DNA from: Mobula hypostoma
Lineage: Eukaryota
Assembly: GCF_963921235.1 (NCBI RefSeq)
Contig: NC_086097.1
Span: forward strand, 223,574,001-223,638,000
Length of the DNA: 64,000 nucleotides
Direction of reading: 5' to 3'
Positions 23,196 through 35,925 of this stretch are shown one piece after another. The notes beneath the pieces were generated by a model. That model had not been told where the DNA came from and ran no database searches. It worked only from the letters and a program-made list of their open reading frames with translations. Every line of letters begins with the position of its first letter. The first letter of the stretch is position 1. A program made the translations under genes and the position numbers.

Positions 23196-25167
23196 TGAAA
23201 CCTTTTAACCAACAGCAAGGATCTATGGAATTTCTTGGTCACAAAGGTGAAGAGTACTCTCCAGCTGCTTCTGCTGCTTTAATTTCTTTTCACTGCTTGT
23301 AGGAACAAGTCTTCCCACCGGGTTATTTTCTACATTCCCTGCTTTCTGCAATATTCCTCCTAATTTTATCTAGGATTTAAGTCGCTCATTTTATCCATTA
23401 ATACTGCCATACAAAAAGAAACCCTCTGCCTGTGCAAGTTCTCTTTCCTCTTCAAGGTCCCTATCAAAGTACACAATCATCTTTCCTAAAGTACTGTTAC
23501 AGTCTTTTCAAAACAGGATTCCGTCCTGCCACAACACTGAAATAGCCCGAAGCAGTGTGCAAATTAATCTATGGTATTACTAAAATGCATTTCAACCTAC
23601 GTGTATATCACAACCAAAAGCTTCTCCAATTGAAGAGTCTTGAAAACTTGACCTGATCTGCAATACTCTGGAGAATATGCATTTTAATTTCAAAACCAGA
23701 TGTTCTGGCACATAATACCATCTTATTCTAGATGCCACAGCAAATAAACTTGTCTACATTTGTCCACTCAAATCCTTTTATAACTTTAAACATCTGAACA
23801 AAATTAGTCCTTAACCTAACCTAAAGAGGATATGAGCCATCATTGTACAGGTTTATTATTAAACACTGCTATCTGGTGAAAAGACCCTTCCATGGCCAAT
23901 ATACAGTATATTCAATATGCTTCAAATACTAAAATTGATCAAGTTGTTTTAGAATAATAAATTAAAGTTTACTAGCTCAATGAAACATTTTTTGATTCAA
24001 ATGGTCTTAGGTATAGAAGTTAGCTTGTTAACATCAGTTGTGTTACCAGAACTAACAGATGTAAAGACACTAACTCTGTGAATATTGACTTTCACAATTT
24101 CAGCTGCTTTTAAATGGTACTCAGTGCATCACAAAAATGTGTTGTCTACACTGATATCCCATGTAGTACTAACTGCTGATCATCGACTTATTCTTGCAAT
24201 CTTGTTCTGAAGTGCAAATGTTCAGCAGTGACTTACATATATTGCCTCCCCCTAGCCCTGCTAGGTTAACGAAAGATATCCAATTGGGCTCTGTGCTGCA
24301 GCACTAGAAAACTGGCATGAACACCTGCTCTCTTTAGCACTCCCACAGCAGTGTATTAATGATGTTGTCACCATGTGGTTCAGTATAAACCATTAAGGTA
24401 ATGTGCAGTAGTAGCTGCTGTGAAGACTGATGTTGGGTAGCCGAGAGCAAGCAGTGTAGATACTCAGCACTTTGATATGGGGCTTAATGATGCAATGTGA
24501 CTGGCAAGGGAATGCAGACTACTGCTAGAGACCAGCAGTGCCTGGTCCACATAATGCTTCCCCCACCTCGCTGTTCCCTTTTTATTTTGGTTCTTCAATT
24601 CTCACCAGCATGGAGATTTCTAAATGGTAGCCTTCATAATTATTGCTGGTTGTCAAGTTCAATATCAAAGAGGGAAAGTGTTGTGTCACCATACAAGGAG
24701 AGGGAGAGGCAACAGGAGGCGATAAGAGCCAGCAGATCCATGATCTCTTTCAACAGCTGGAACTCTTACAGCCAGACCCCAGCAATGACTGCATTCACAG
24801 TTCTAGACAGTATACAGCCCTGAGTCCCACATCTCAGCTCAGAGAGGCTGCACTCCTCACTTAAGTAAAACCATGGCTGGCCTTCACAGGCAAGCCTTGT
24901 AAAAGATCTAGGTGGCCACATTGAACTACATGACAATTACATCAGTTTAACTGCTTCGAAAGGGAGAGAACAGTGCTCTCAAACAATTTTCTGGCACAAG
25001 TCAGAAAGGCATCTCTATATTTAAGCTAATATTATGTTGTTGTTCCAGAAAATGAATTCTGAAAGTTTAACAAGGTAACAATGTAGAACAATATGATTTG
25101 ACATTTTTAAACTTTCACCAATTTTCTAAACTAAACACTGCACAATGGTATGCAGATCTACACCTAC

Positions 25168-25243
25168 CGTGATACCACCACTTTGTTTTCTTTGGATTTT
25201 TATTACACGTCCTTACATAAAATGAATTATCTGGAGGCCGCCT
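25168..25243 (-). CDS. UBE2W: UBE2W penultimate coding exon (RRPPDNSFYVRTCNKNPKKTKWWYH, 76 nt)
   Basis: The peptide matches the vertebrate UBE2W C-terminal segment. Acceptor tttatttcag|AGG and donor CACG|GTAGGT; phases 0/1 fit the flanking exons. Confidence 0.97.
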
Positions 25244-26129
25244 CTGAAATAAAGCAGATAAATTGAAATAATTAACAATAATGCTCACAAATAGTCCATT
25301 TTGCACATCAGAACAATGAACTATAATACTGGAAAACCTTGTCCAATATGTACCATTATGACTGCAGACCAATTTTCCACCTTGGATGTGCCATTGTATC
25401 CAGTAGTTCAAAGCTCATTGTAAATTTATTATCAAAATCTGTATGTCACCATATAAAATTAAACTAATTTTCTTGTGGGCATTCACAGTAGATACAAAGA
25501 AACAACATAATCAATGAAAAACTACAAACAACGAATGTGAAAAGGACAAACTGTGCAAATACAACAATAATAAATAATATTGAAACTACGTTCTTCCTCC
25601 AGAGTGAGGAATGAACAATGCAATCCTTGTGGTTTTTATTCATCAGCAATATACCTCAATTTAAACTGCCTCAGTAAACCCAACCACTATAAGATCCATC
25701 CATTCTAGCAGCACTCAATTATTTTAATTGTTTTTGAGTAAACATACTAATGTTTAAATAGTAATATTTTCATTAAAGGAGTATCAATATTTGAATAAGA
25801 TTTTGATGATAAACTTATATATAAAAAGTTAAAGCTCATGATCCATATCTGTTTATATTACAGTATTGAGTAATGGAAACTCCCTATTCAATCAGAGTTC
25901 TGACTCATTAAGTTCACTCTTTTTGGAGGATGCAATTACTTTTGTATATACTGGCTGAAATTTACTTTTATTATTAGTCAGCAAAAAGTAAAAGGAATCA
26001 CATCCAAGTGCTGGGCACAGTATCTCAGAATTTAGTACAGGAAGTACGACGAATGTCATTTACATGAGCTTCTAGGGGGAATGATGTTTGAAATGTTTAG
26101 TTCCAGCAACCAGGGAAAGTAGAAGAGGA

Positions 26130-26678
26130 CCAAGTATGATTTCTGGAAAACCATCTCAGATGCGAAGTGGCAATTCTGGACCAAACTTGAATCATTGAGG
26201 ACACATGACAGCTGTGGTAGGGCTCAAATGCTATCACCTCCAACAAAGTGAAACCAAGTGACGTGTGACAACAAAGTATAGCTCCCAGACCTGCTCAGTG
26301 CCTTTTATGCTTACTTTGACCTCAAAACACAGAAGCACCTTCACAAACTCCCACAGACCCCAATGACCCTGCAAATTCAGTCTGAGGCCAATGCGACAGC
26401 ATATTTCAGGAGAGAGAACCCAAGAAAAACACCTGGCCCAGAAAGTGTAGCTGACCGAGTAGTAAATACAAGTGTGAATAAATGGGCTGGAGGGTTTACC
26501 TCTGCGTTAGCAGTCTGAAGTACCCACAGACTTCCAACATACATCTCCAAGAAGAATGTAATAGACTGCCTCAATCACAAACATCCAGTAGCACTTACAT
26601 CCACAGTGATGAAGTGCTTTGAGAGGTTAGTGATGAAACATACCAACTCCTGCCTGAGCAGCAACTTGGATCCACTCA
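26130..26678 (+). mobile_element. Old Rex1-like LINE fragment (outer layer of the nested cluster)
   Basis: PVALTSTVMKCFERLV...NLDPL. A compatible tail remnant follows at ~32413-32485. Confidence 0.7.
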
Positions 26679-26981
26679 AATCAGAACCAGAATCAGATTT
26701 ACTATCACCAGCATGTGACGTGAAATTTGCTAACTTAGCAGCAGCAGCTCAACGCAATACACAATCTAGCAGAGAGAAAAAAAATAAAAATAAACAAGTA
26801 AATCATTTATGTATATTGAATAGATTTTTTTAAAATGTGCAAAAACAGAAATACTGTATATTAAAAAAAAGTGAGGTAGCATCCAAAGATTCAATGTCCA
26901 TTTAGGAATTGGAGGACAGAGGAAAAGAAGCTGTTCCTGAATCGCTGAGTGTGTGCCTTCAGGCTTCTGTATCTCCTACCT

Positions 26982-28162
26982 CAGCAGTCCCCAACCACCG
27001 GGCCGTGGACCAGTACCAGGCCGCAAAGCATGTGCTACCGGGCCGCGAGGAAACGATATGAGTCAGCTGCGCCTTTCCTCATTCCCTGTCACGCACACTG
27101 TTGAACTTGGACGCACGCATCATCCGTGTCAGCGCGGGAAGAAGAACAACTCCTTGAGCTTACAAATGATGACGGGCTGAAAAGTATGTTTGACATAATA
27201 TCTCTGCTGGCATTCTGGATCAAAGTCAAGGGTAAATATCCTGAGATAGCCATAAAAGCACTGAAAACGTTGCTTCCATTTCCAACATATCTCTGCAATG
27301 AATGCAACGAAAACTAAATTGCGGAATAAACTGGACATAAGGAACACCATTCGAGTATCGCTGTCTCCCATCACCCCTCGATGGCACTGTCTTGTTGCAG
27401 GAAAGCAAGCCCAGGGCTCCCACTGATTCAGCGACATTGGTGTGTTGTATGTTGTATACGGGGAAAATATGTGCTATGTGTTTAATATCCAAATGTTACT
27501 TAAAATGTTATGATGCTATTGACTTATATAACAATATAACAATTACAGCATGGAAACAGGCCATCTCTGCCCTTCTAGTCCGTGCTGAACGCTACTCTCA
27601 CCTAGTCCCACCGACCTGCACTCAGCCCATAACCCTCCATTCCTTTCCTGTCCCTATACCTATCCAATTTTTTTTTAATGATAATATCGAACCTGCCTCT
27701 ACCACTTCTACTGGAAGCTCGTTCACCACTTACTTCAAGCTCCCCTGTCCTCCCCTGATAATTGACTTTCACTATATTCATGCAAGGAAAATATGCTCTG
27801 TGTGTTTAATATTAAATTCGTCAGATACAATCTTTTAGAAACGAAATTGAGTGTATTAGCCACTTATCACCTATATTCCGGTCGTGATTAACACTACCCC
27901 CCCCCCGCCCCCGAACAGAATCGCCAAAAACGATTTGTAGGAAAACAATCGGCACGTACACGCATGCGCACTGGTGCCTACACAAGGCTTCATGGTCATT
28001 GTAGTCTTTCTCGGGGTAAACACAACATATTTGACTGCTACTCTTGTCCGTTGGCAACCCTACACCACCACCCCCCCCACCCCCCCAGCCGGGTCGGCCG
28101 GTCCGCAATAATATTGTGAATATTAAACCAGTCCACAGAGCAAAAAAGATTGGGGACCCCTG
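26982..28162 (+). mobile_element. Non-autonomous hAT (Buster/Charlie-like) transposon with dimerisation-domain remnant and an internal CR1 tail piece
   Basis: TIRs cagcagtccccaacc / gattggggacccctg. 8-bp TSD (t/c)cctacct at 26974-26981 and 28163-28170. Peptide FWIKVKGKYPEIAIKALKTLLPFPTYLC. CR1 3'UTR at ~27525-27725 (minus). Confidence 0.88.
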
Positions 28163-28765
28163 CCCTACCTGATGGTAACAGTGAGAAAAGGGCATGCCTT
28201 GGGTGCTGGAGGTCTTTAATAATGGATATTGCTCTTCTGAGACACCGCTCCCTGAAGGTGTCCTGGGTACTTTGGAGGCTAGTACCCAAGATGGAGCTGT
28301 CGAGATTTACAACCTTCTGCAGCTTCTATCGGTCCTGTGCAGTAGCCCCTCCATACCAGACAGTGATGCAGCCTGTCAGAATGCTCTCTACGGTACAATT
28401 ATAGAAGTTTTTGAGTGTATTTGTTGACATGCCAAATCTCTTCAAACTCCTAATAAAGTATAGCCGCTACCTTGCCTTCTTTATGACTACATCGATATGT
28501 TGGGACCAGGTTAGATCTTCAGAGATCTTGACACCCAGGAACGTGAAGCTGTTCACTCTCTCCACTTCTGATCCCTCTATGAGGATTGGTATGTGTTCCT
28601 TTGTCTTATCCTTCTGAAGTCCGCAAACAGCTCTTTCATCTTACTGACGTTGAGTGCCAGGTTGCCGCTGTGGCACCATTCCACTAGCTGGCATATCTCA
28701 CTCCTGTACACCCTCTAGTCACCACCTGAGATTCTACCAACAATGGTTGTATTGTCAGCAAATTT

Positions 28766-30720
28766 AGAAACATAGAAAACCTGTTTGAAATCTCTTACTA
28801 GCTCTTCTTTCAGTTAGTCCTGACGAAGGGTCTCGGCCCGAAACATCGACTGTACCCCTTCCAATAGATGCTGCCTGGCCTGCTGTGTTCACCAGTAACT
28901 TTGATGTGTGTTGCTTGAGACCTGACCAGGTTCATTTCCCAAAACCAGATCAAGTACAGCCTCTCCTCTTGTAGGCTTAGCTACATACTGTGTCAAGAAA
29001 CCTTACTGAACTCACCTAACAAACTCTACCCCATCTAAACCCTTCACTCTAGGGACAAGCCAATCAACATTTGGGAAAGTAAAATCTCCCACCACGACAA
29101 CCCTGTTATTACTACACCTTTCCAGAATCTATCTGCTCTTCAATGTCCCTGTTACTATTGGGTGGTCTATATAAAAAAAAACACCCAGTAGAGTTATTGA
29201 CCCCTTCCTGTTCCTAACTTCCACCCACAGAGACTCCGTAGACAATCAATGTCTTCCTCCTTTTCTGCAGCCGTGACGCTATCTCTGATCAACGCCTCCA
29301 CCTCTTCTGCCTCCCTCCCTGTCCTTTCTAAAACATCTAAAGTCTGGCACTCGAAGTAACCATTCCTGCCCTTGAGCCATCCAAGTCTCTGTAATGGCCA
29401 CAACATCATAGCTCCAAGTACTGATCCACACTCTAAGCTCATCCGCTTTGTTCATAATACTCCTTGCATTAAAATAGACACATCTCAAACCATCTGTCTG
29501 AACGCGTCCCTATCACCTGCCTATGCTCCCTCTCACGCTGTCTCCAAGCTTTCTCTATTTGTGAGCCAACTTTCTCTTCAGTTTGGTTCCCACCCCCCAG
29601 CAATCCTAGTTTAAACTCTCCCCTGTAGCCTTAGCAAACCTCTCCGCCAGGATATTGGACTCCCGGGATTCAAGTGCAACCTGTCCTTTTTGTATAGGTC
29701 ACTCCTGCCCCAAAAGAGGTCCCAATGATCCAGAAATCTGAATCCCTGCCCCCTGCTCCAATCCCTCAGCCACACATTTATCCTCCACCTCACTCTATTC
29801 CTATACTCACTGTCACATGGCACAGGCAGTAATCCCAAGATGGTTACCTTTGTGATCCTGTTTCTCAACTTCCTTAACTCCCTGTAGTCTGCTTTCAGGA
29901 CCTCCTCCATTTTCCTGCCTATGTTGTTGGTACCAATATGTACCACGACCTCTGGCTGTTCTCCTTCGCACTTCAGGATATTGTGGACGCGATCAGAAAT
30001 ATCCTGGACCCTGGCACCTGGGAGGCAAACTACCATCCGTGCCTCTCTCCTGCGTCCACAGAATCGCCTGTCTCACCCCCTAACTATAGAGTCCCTTATC
30101 ACTGCTGCCGTCCTCTTCCTTTCCCTACCCTTCTGAGCCACAGGGCCAGACTCTGTGTCAGAGGTGCAGCCACTGTTGCTTCCCCCAGGTAGGCCATCCC
30201 CAACAGTACTCAAACAGGAGTACTTATCATCAAGGGGTACAGCCACAAGGGTGGTCTCTCTGACTCCTGCCCTTCCCTCTCCTGACTGTTACCCACTTAT
30301 CGGTCTCCCCAGGCCCTGGTGTGACTATCTGCCTATAGTTCCTCTCTCTCACCTCCTCACTTTCCCTGACCAGACCAAGGTCTTCGAGCTGCATCTCCAT
30401 TTCCCTAACACGGTCCCTAAAGAGCTGCAGCTCGACACACCTGGCGCAGATCTGGCCATCTGGGAGGCTGGGAGTCTCCCAGACTTCCCACATCTGACAC
30501 CAAGCACAGAACACCGGCCTCACACACATACTTCCTGTCTGTATTCTGCACAGGCAACCTACCTCGCATCGACCCGTTATCGCCAAAGCCCCGTTGGGCC
30601 AAAGCCTTCCTACTCTCTCTCCCTCTACTCCCATGCCCATTCTATAAAACTGTCTCCTTTTAAACTCTTCTCACTGTTCTCGCTGGCTGATGTCCATGCG
30701 CTTGCGTAGTCATGCCTCGG
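28766..30720 (-). mobile_element. CR1 LINE retaining its 5' end, ORF1 (zinc finger/coiled coil plus SGNH esterase) and the start of the endonuclease; RT region deleted
   Basis: CAWCQMWE...CARC; VCLPGARVQDI, VVHIGTNNIG and LHLN; YFNARSI..K.DEL and AITETW. The tail agaaacatagaaaac is at 28766. Inserted at ttt within the Rex1 copy. Confidence 0.88.
28790..28918 (+). mobile_element. Penelope-like pLTR fragment with hammerhead motif (28815-28852)
   Basis: tagtc ctgacga a gggtctcggccc gaaac atc gactg, one substitution (G to A) from the 15656 copy. Confidence 0.82.
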
Positions 30721-31052
30721 TTTATAGATGGTATTTGAGCTATGCCTAGCCACACAGTCGTGTATATACAGAGTAGAGCAGTGGGCTAAGCACACACTCC
30801 TGAAGTGCATCAGTGTTGATCATCAGCACGAAGGATATGTTATCACCAATCTGCACAGATTGTGGTCTTTAGGTTAGGAAGTCGAGGGTCCAATTGCCGA
30901 GAGAGATATAGAGATCCAGGTTCTGCAACTTCTCAATCAGGATTGTGGGAATGATGGTATTAAATACTGAGCTATCGTCGATGAACAGCATGCTGACGTA
31001 GGTGTTTGTGTTGTCCAGGTGGTCTAAGGTCTTGTGGAGAGCCATTGAGATT

Positions 31053-32412
31053 GTAGTTATAAAGAAGGCAAGACAGCGGCTATACTTTATTAGCAGTTTG
31101 AAGAGATTTGACATGTCAACAAATACACTCAAAAACTTCTATAGTTGTACCGTGAAGAGCATTCTGACAGGCTGCATCACTGTCTGGTATGGAAGGGCTT
31201 CTGCACAGGACTGATAGAAGCTGCAGGAGGTTGTAAATCTAGTCAGTTCCATCTTGGGTACTAGCCTGCAAAGTACCCAGGACATCTTTAGGAAGCGGTG
31301 TTTCAGAAAGGCAGCATCCATTATTAAGGACCTCCAGCACCCAGGGCATGACCTTTTCTCACTGTTACCATCAGGTACGAGATACAGAAGCCTGAAGACA
31401 CACACTCAACGATTCAGGAACAGTTTCTTCCCCTCTGCCATCCGATTCCTAAATGGACATTGAAGCTTTGGACATTACCTCACTTATTAAAAATATATAC
31501 AGTATTTCTGTTTTTGCACGTTTTAAAAAATCTATTCAATATACATAACTGATTTACTTGTTTATTATGTTTTATTTTATTTATTGTTTTTTTCTCTCTC
31601 TGTTAGATTATGTATAGCATTGAACTGCTGCTACAAAGTTAATAAATTTCACGTCACTTTATACTTTATTGTCGCCAAACAATTGATACTAGAACGTACA
31701 ATCATCGTAGTGATATTTGATTCTGTGCTTCCTGCTCCCTGGATTACAAATCAATAGTAATTATTAAAAATTTAAATAATAAATCATAAATAGAAAATAG
31801 AAAAGAGAAAGTAAGGTAGTGCAAAAAAACCGAGATGCAGGTCCGGATATTTGGAGGGTACGGCCCAGATCCGGGTCAGGATCCATTCAGCAGTCAGTTG
31901 GAAAGAAGCTGTTCCCAAATCTGGCCGTACGAGTCTTCAAGCTCCTGAGCCTTCTCCCAGAGGGAAGAGGGACGAAAAGTGCATTGTCTGGGTGGGTCGT
32001 GTCCTTGGTTATCCTGGCAGCACTGCTCCAACAGTGTGCAGTGTAAAGTGAGTCCAAGGACGGAAGATTGGTTTGTGTGATGTGCTGCGCCGTGTTCATG
32101 ATCTTCTGCAGCTTCTTCCAGTCTTGGACAGCACAACCTCCATACCAGGTTGTGATGCACCCTAGAAGAATACTTTCTACAGTGCATCAATAAAAATTAG
32201 TGAGGGTTTTAGGAGACAGGCCAAATTTCTTTAGTTTTCTCAAGTAAAGGCGCTGGTGGGCCTTCTTGGCAGTGGACTCTGCTTGGTTGGACCAAGTCAG
32301 GTCATTTGTGATATTGACCCCGAGGAACTTAAAGCTTTTGACCTGTCCCACTTGCGCACCGCCGATGTAAATTGAGTCACATGCCAGTGATAATAAACCT
32401 GATTCTGATTCT
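31053..32412 (+). mobile_element. Rex1-like LINE 3' part, fused head-to-head with the minus copy
   Basis: [13 protein letters not shown]...LPSGTRYRSLKTHTQRFRNSFFPSAIRFLN; tail tgataataaacctgattctgattct ends at 32412. Confidence 0.88.
31658..32375 (-). mobile_element. Second Rex1/Babar-like family, 3' fragment, nested in the Rex1 3'UTR
   Basis: LPSGRRLRSLKTRTARFGNSFFP; tail actttatactttattgtc; 5-bp TSD gtcac at 31653-31657 and 32376-32380. Confidence 0.85.
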
Positions 32413-32729
32413 TTGTGTGCAGTTTTTCATTGATTCTTAAATGCTCTCAAGAAAATGAATCTATATATACCATATATGTACTTTCAACAACAATCTTTTA
32501 AGCAATGAATCTAATTAGCATTTTTTCCATCCAGCAGAACCCAGATAAAACCTTGACACTGCCTCACTGTACTAAGAAAACAAAGCAAGGATAAAACTCC
32601 CTCCAGCCACTTAGAGAAACCCAGTCATCAGTCCCAAGAAATGGAAATACCAATCAAGCTCTTCACATTGATTAAACAGAATTAAGTGTGCGGAACACTG
32701 AACTATCCATTCTTAAGGTATGGAGTCGC

Positions 32730-34050
32730 TCCCCGTTTAGAAAACAGTCTATGCATTTATTGCTTATACCAAAGTGCATGAACATATGATTCCCTTCACT
32801 GTATTCCGTCTGCTGCATCTTTGCCCTTTCTCCTAATCTGTCCAAGTCCTTCTGAAGACTCCCTGCTTTCTCAACTCAACCTGCCCCGCCACCTATCCTG
32901 GTATCATCCACAAACATAGCCACAAAATCATCAATTCATCTTTAGCGATAATCTTTGCATCCTCACCAGCCACAGGTGCAGTGCCAGAGGACTGGAGGTT
33001 GGCAAAACCTTTGTTCAAGAAGGGTAATAGGAATAATCCTAGTCTTATATCTTGCTGGCAAACTATTGAAGAGAATTCTGAAAGACAGGATTTAGAAGCA
33101 ATTGAAGAAGCATAGTCTGATTAGGGAAGGTCGAAAAGGCTTTGTAAGGGGCAGGTCATGACTCGTGAACCTGAATGAATTATTTCAGGAATGTGGTGCA
33201 TATGGACTTTAAGGTACTTTACAACATTCTTCATAGTAAGCTCATTCATAAAGTCAGGAGGCATGGGATCCAAGGAAATTTGTCTGCATGGATTCAGAAT
33301 GCTCTTACACACAGAAGACTGACGGTGATAGAGAATGGGCTGCATTCTGCCTGGAGGTCGGTGACTGGTGGTGTTCGAGAGGAAACTGCTTTGTGAATTT
33401 TATAAACAATTTCAATGAGGAAGTGAAGGGGTGGGTTAGTAAGTTTGCAGATGACACAAATGTTGGTGCTGCTATGGATAGGTTACACTGGAATATTGAG
33501 AGGATGCAGAGTTGAGCTGAGAAGTGGCAGATAAGAGTTTAATCTGGAAAAGTGTGAAGTGATTCACTTTGAAAAGTCGAACTTGAAGACATGAATCCTG
33601 CCATTAACTCTGTATTCTAAGTGTGGAGGAATAGAGGCATCTTGGGATTCAAATCCACAGATCCCTCGAAGTTATAGTGCAAGTTGATAAGGTGGTTAAG
33701 AAGGTATATGGTGTGTTAGCGTTCTTTAGGTCAGTGGTCCCCAACCTCCGAGCATTGCCTCTGATCTGGGCCAACACTCATGTGCCGGGTGGCATCTAAT
33801 TAATTAGCTTGTTTATTTCGGCTTTTTCCTTAAAGATGTGCTGGGTGCGTTCCGGCTATCGCTGCGCTGCTGCATTCTTCGCGGCCCAGTATCGATCCGC
33901 GGCCCGGAGGTTGGGGACCACTGATTTAGGTAACGTTGCAGCTCTAAAACTCCATATAGACCACACTGGGAATATTGCTTTTAGTCTGGTTGCCTCATTA
34001 TCTTAGTGGAAGCTTTAGAGAGTGTGCAGAGGACATTTACCAGGATGGTA
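32730..34050. mobile_element. Decayed CR1 fragments (minus ~32730-32935, plus ~32940-34050)
   Basis: VPEDWR, HGIQG and SKFADDT motifs with many stops. Confidence 0.75.
33732..33923. mobile_element. 192-bp hAT MITE
   Basis: Perfect 19-bp TIR cagtggtccccaacctccg; 8-bp TSD (c/a)tttaggt at 33724-33731 and 33924-33931. Confidence 0.92.
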
Positions 34051-34069
34051 AACAAGAGTAGATACTGGG

Positions 34070-34170
34070 AAACACACACAAAAAGCCGGAACAACACAGC
34101 AGGTCAGGCAACACCTATGATTGGGAATAAATAGTTAATGTTTTGTACCGAGACCCTTCATCAGGACTCA
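34070..34170 (-). mobile_element. Penelope-like pLTR fragment with decayed hammerhead
   Basis: The reverse complement reads agtcctgatgaagggtctcgg, with the GAAA core lost. Confidence 0.65.
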
Positions 34171-34184
34171 TGGTATAACTCAAT

Positions 34185-35925
34185 GATGACTACCTCTGCA
34201 GCGGATCATGACACTGAATTCCACAGATTCATCACTCTGGCTAAAGAAATCCTCCTCATCTCTGCTCTAAATGGACATCACTCTATTCTGTGACTGTATC
34301 CTCTGGTCTGAGATTCACCCACTATAGGAAACATCCTTTGTACATCCTCTCTATCTAGGACTTTCAATATTCAATAGGTTTCAATAAGAGCCCAGAGCCA
34401 TCAAACGTACCTACTATGTTAACCCTTTCATTTCCAGAATAATTCTTGTGAACCTCCTCTGGACCCATTTAATGCCAGCATTTCTTTTCTTAGATAGGGA
34501 CCCAAAATTGCTCAATACTCTGTGTGGTCTGAGCAATGCCTTATAAAGCTTTAGCATACATCCTTGCTCATATCTTCTAGTCCTCTTGATATGAATGTTA
34601 ACATTGCATTTGCCTTACTTACCACAACTCAATCTGCAAGTTAACCTTTAAGGAATCCTGCACAAGGGCTCCCATGTCCCTTTGCACATCTGATTTTTGA
34701 ATTTTTTCCCCCGTTTAGAAAACAATGTATGCCCTTTCATTTCTTCTAACAAAGTGTAAGACCATACACTTTCCTACACTAAATTCTATCTGCCATCCCT
34801 TTCCCCATTCTCTCAATCTGTCTAAGTCCTTCTGCAGATTCCCTGCTTCCCGAACACTATCTAACCCTCCACCTACCTTTGCATTGTCTGCAGACTTGGC
34901 CTCAAAGCCATCAATTCTATCATCCTAATCATTGATATTTAATGTGAAAAAGAAGCACTCCCAATACTGGACCCCTGTGGAACACCACTAGTCACTGGCA
35001 ACCAACCAGAATAGGTCCCCTTTATTCTGACTCTCTGCCTCCTAACAGTCAGCCAATCTTCTATCCATGCTAGTAACATTTATGTAATACCATGGGTCTT
35101 ATCTTGTTAAGCAACCTCATGTGTGGCATCTTATCAAAGACTTTCTACAAAACTAAGTAAACAACATCCACCGACTCTCCTTTGACCATCTTCCCTGTTA
35201 TTTCCTCAAAGAATTCTAACAGATTTGTTAGACAAGACCTCCCCTTAATGAAACCATGCTAACTTTGGCCTACTTTACATGTGCCTCCAAGTACCCCAAA
35301 ACCTCATAGTTGATGGACTCCAACATTTTCTCAACAAGTTGGGCTAACTGGTCTATAATTTCATTTCTTCTGCCTCCTTCCCTTCTTAGAATGGAAAGAC
35401 ATTTGCAATTTTCAAGTCCTCTGGAACCATTCCAGAATCTAGTGGTTCTTAAAACAACATTACTAGCGCTTCCATAATCTCTTCAGCATCCTTTTTCAAA
35501 ACCCTGGGGTATAGTCCAAATGGTCCAGGTGACTTATCTACCTTTGGCTCTTTCAGCTTCCCAAGAACTTTCTCCTTTGTAATAGCAACTATACTCACTT
35601 CTGTCTCAACGATCTTGAATTTCTAGCATACTGCTGTGTCCTCCACAGTAAATTCTGAGGCAAAATACCAATTTACATTTGCCTGCCATTTCTTTGTCCC
35701 CATTACTGCCTCGCCAGTGTGATTTTCCAGCAGAACGATATCCACTCTCACCTCGCTTTTACTCTTTATATATCTGGAAAAACTTTTTGCATCATTTTTT
35801 ATATTACTGGCTAGCTTACCTTCATATTTAATCTTTTCTCTCCTTGTACAATTTTTAGTTTCCTTTGGTTGGTTTTTAAAAACTTCCTAATCCTTTAACT
35901 TCTCACTAATTTTTGCTATATTATA
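34185..35925 (-). mobile_element. Decayed CR1 ORF2 region
   Basis: Reverse-complement similarity to the RT of 2375-4600 (GVPQG, FAD, KS.GP) with many disruptions. Confidence 0.8.

Larger units (their letters stand above)
26679..31052 (-). mobile_element. Rex1-like LINE (same family as 5036-6036), interrupted by hAT and CR1/Penelope insertions
   Basis: Tail at 26679. The segments 26679-26981, 28171-28765 and 30721-31052 join into continuous RT sequence ([29 protein letters not shown]). Confidence 0.88.

Noticed and set aside
24400..24900. ORFs 24497-24864 as a gene or exon
   Set aside because: No recognisable domain or convincing splice context. Possibly an ancient repeat remnant, but I cannot assign it.
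29611..30640. SGNH esterase and zinc-finger ORFs as a captured host gene
   Set aside because: This is the normal ORF1 of CR1 elements, directly upstream of the CR1 endonuclease, and it is frameshifted.
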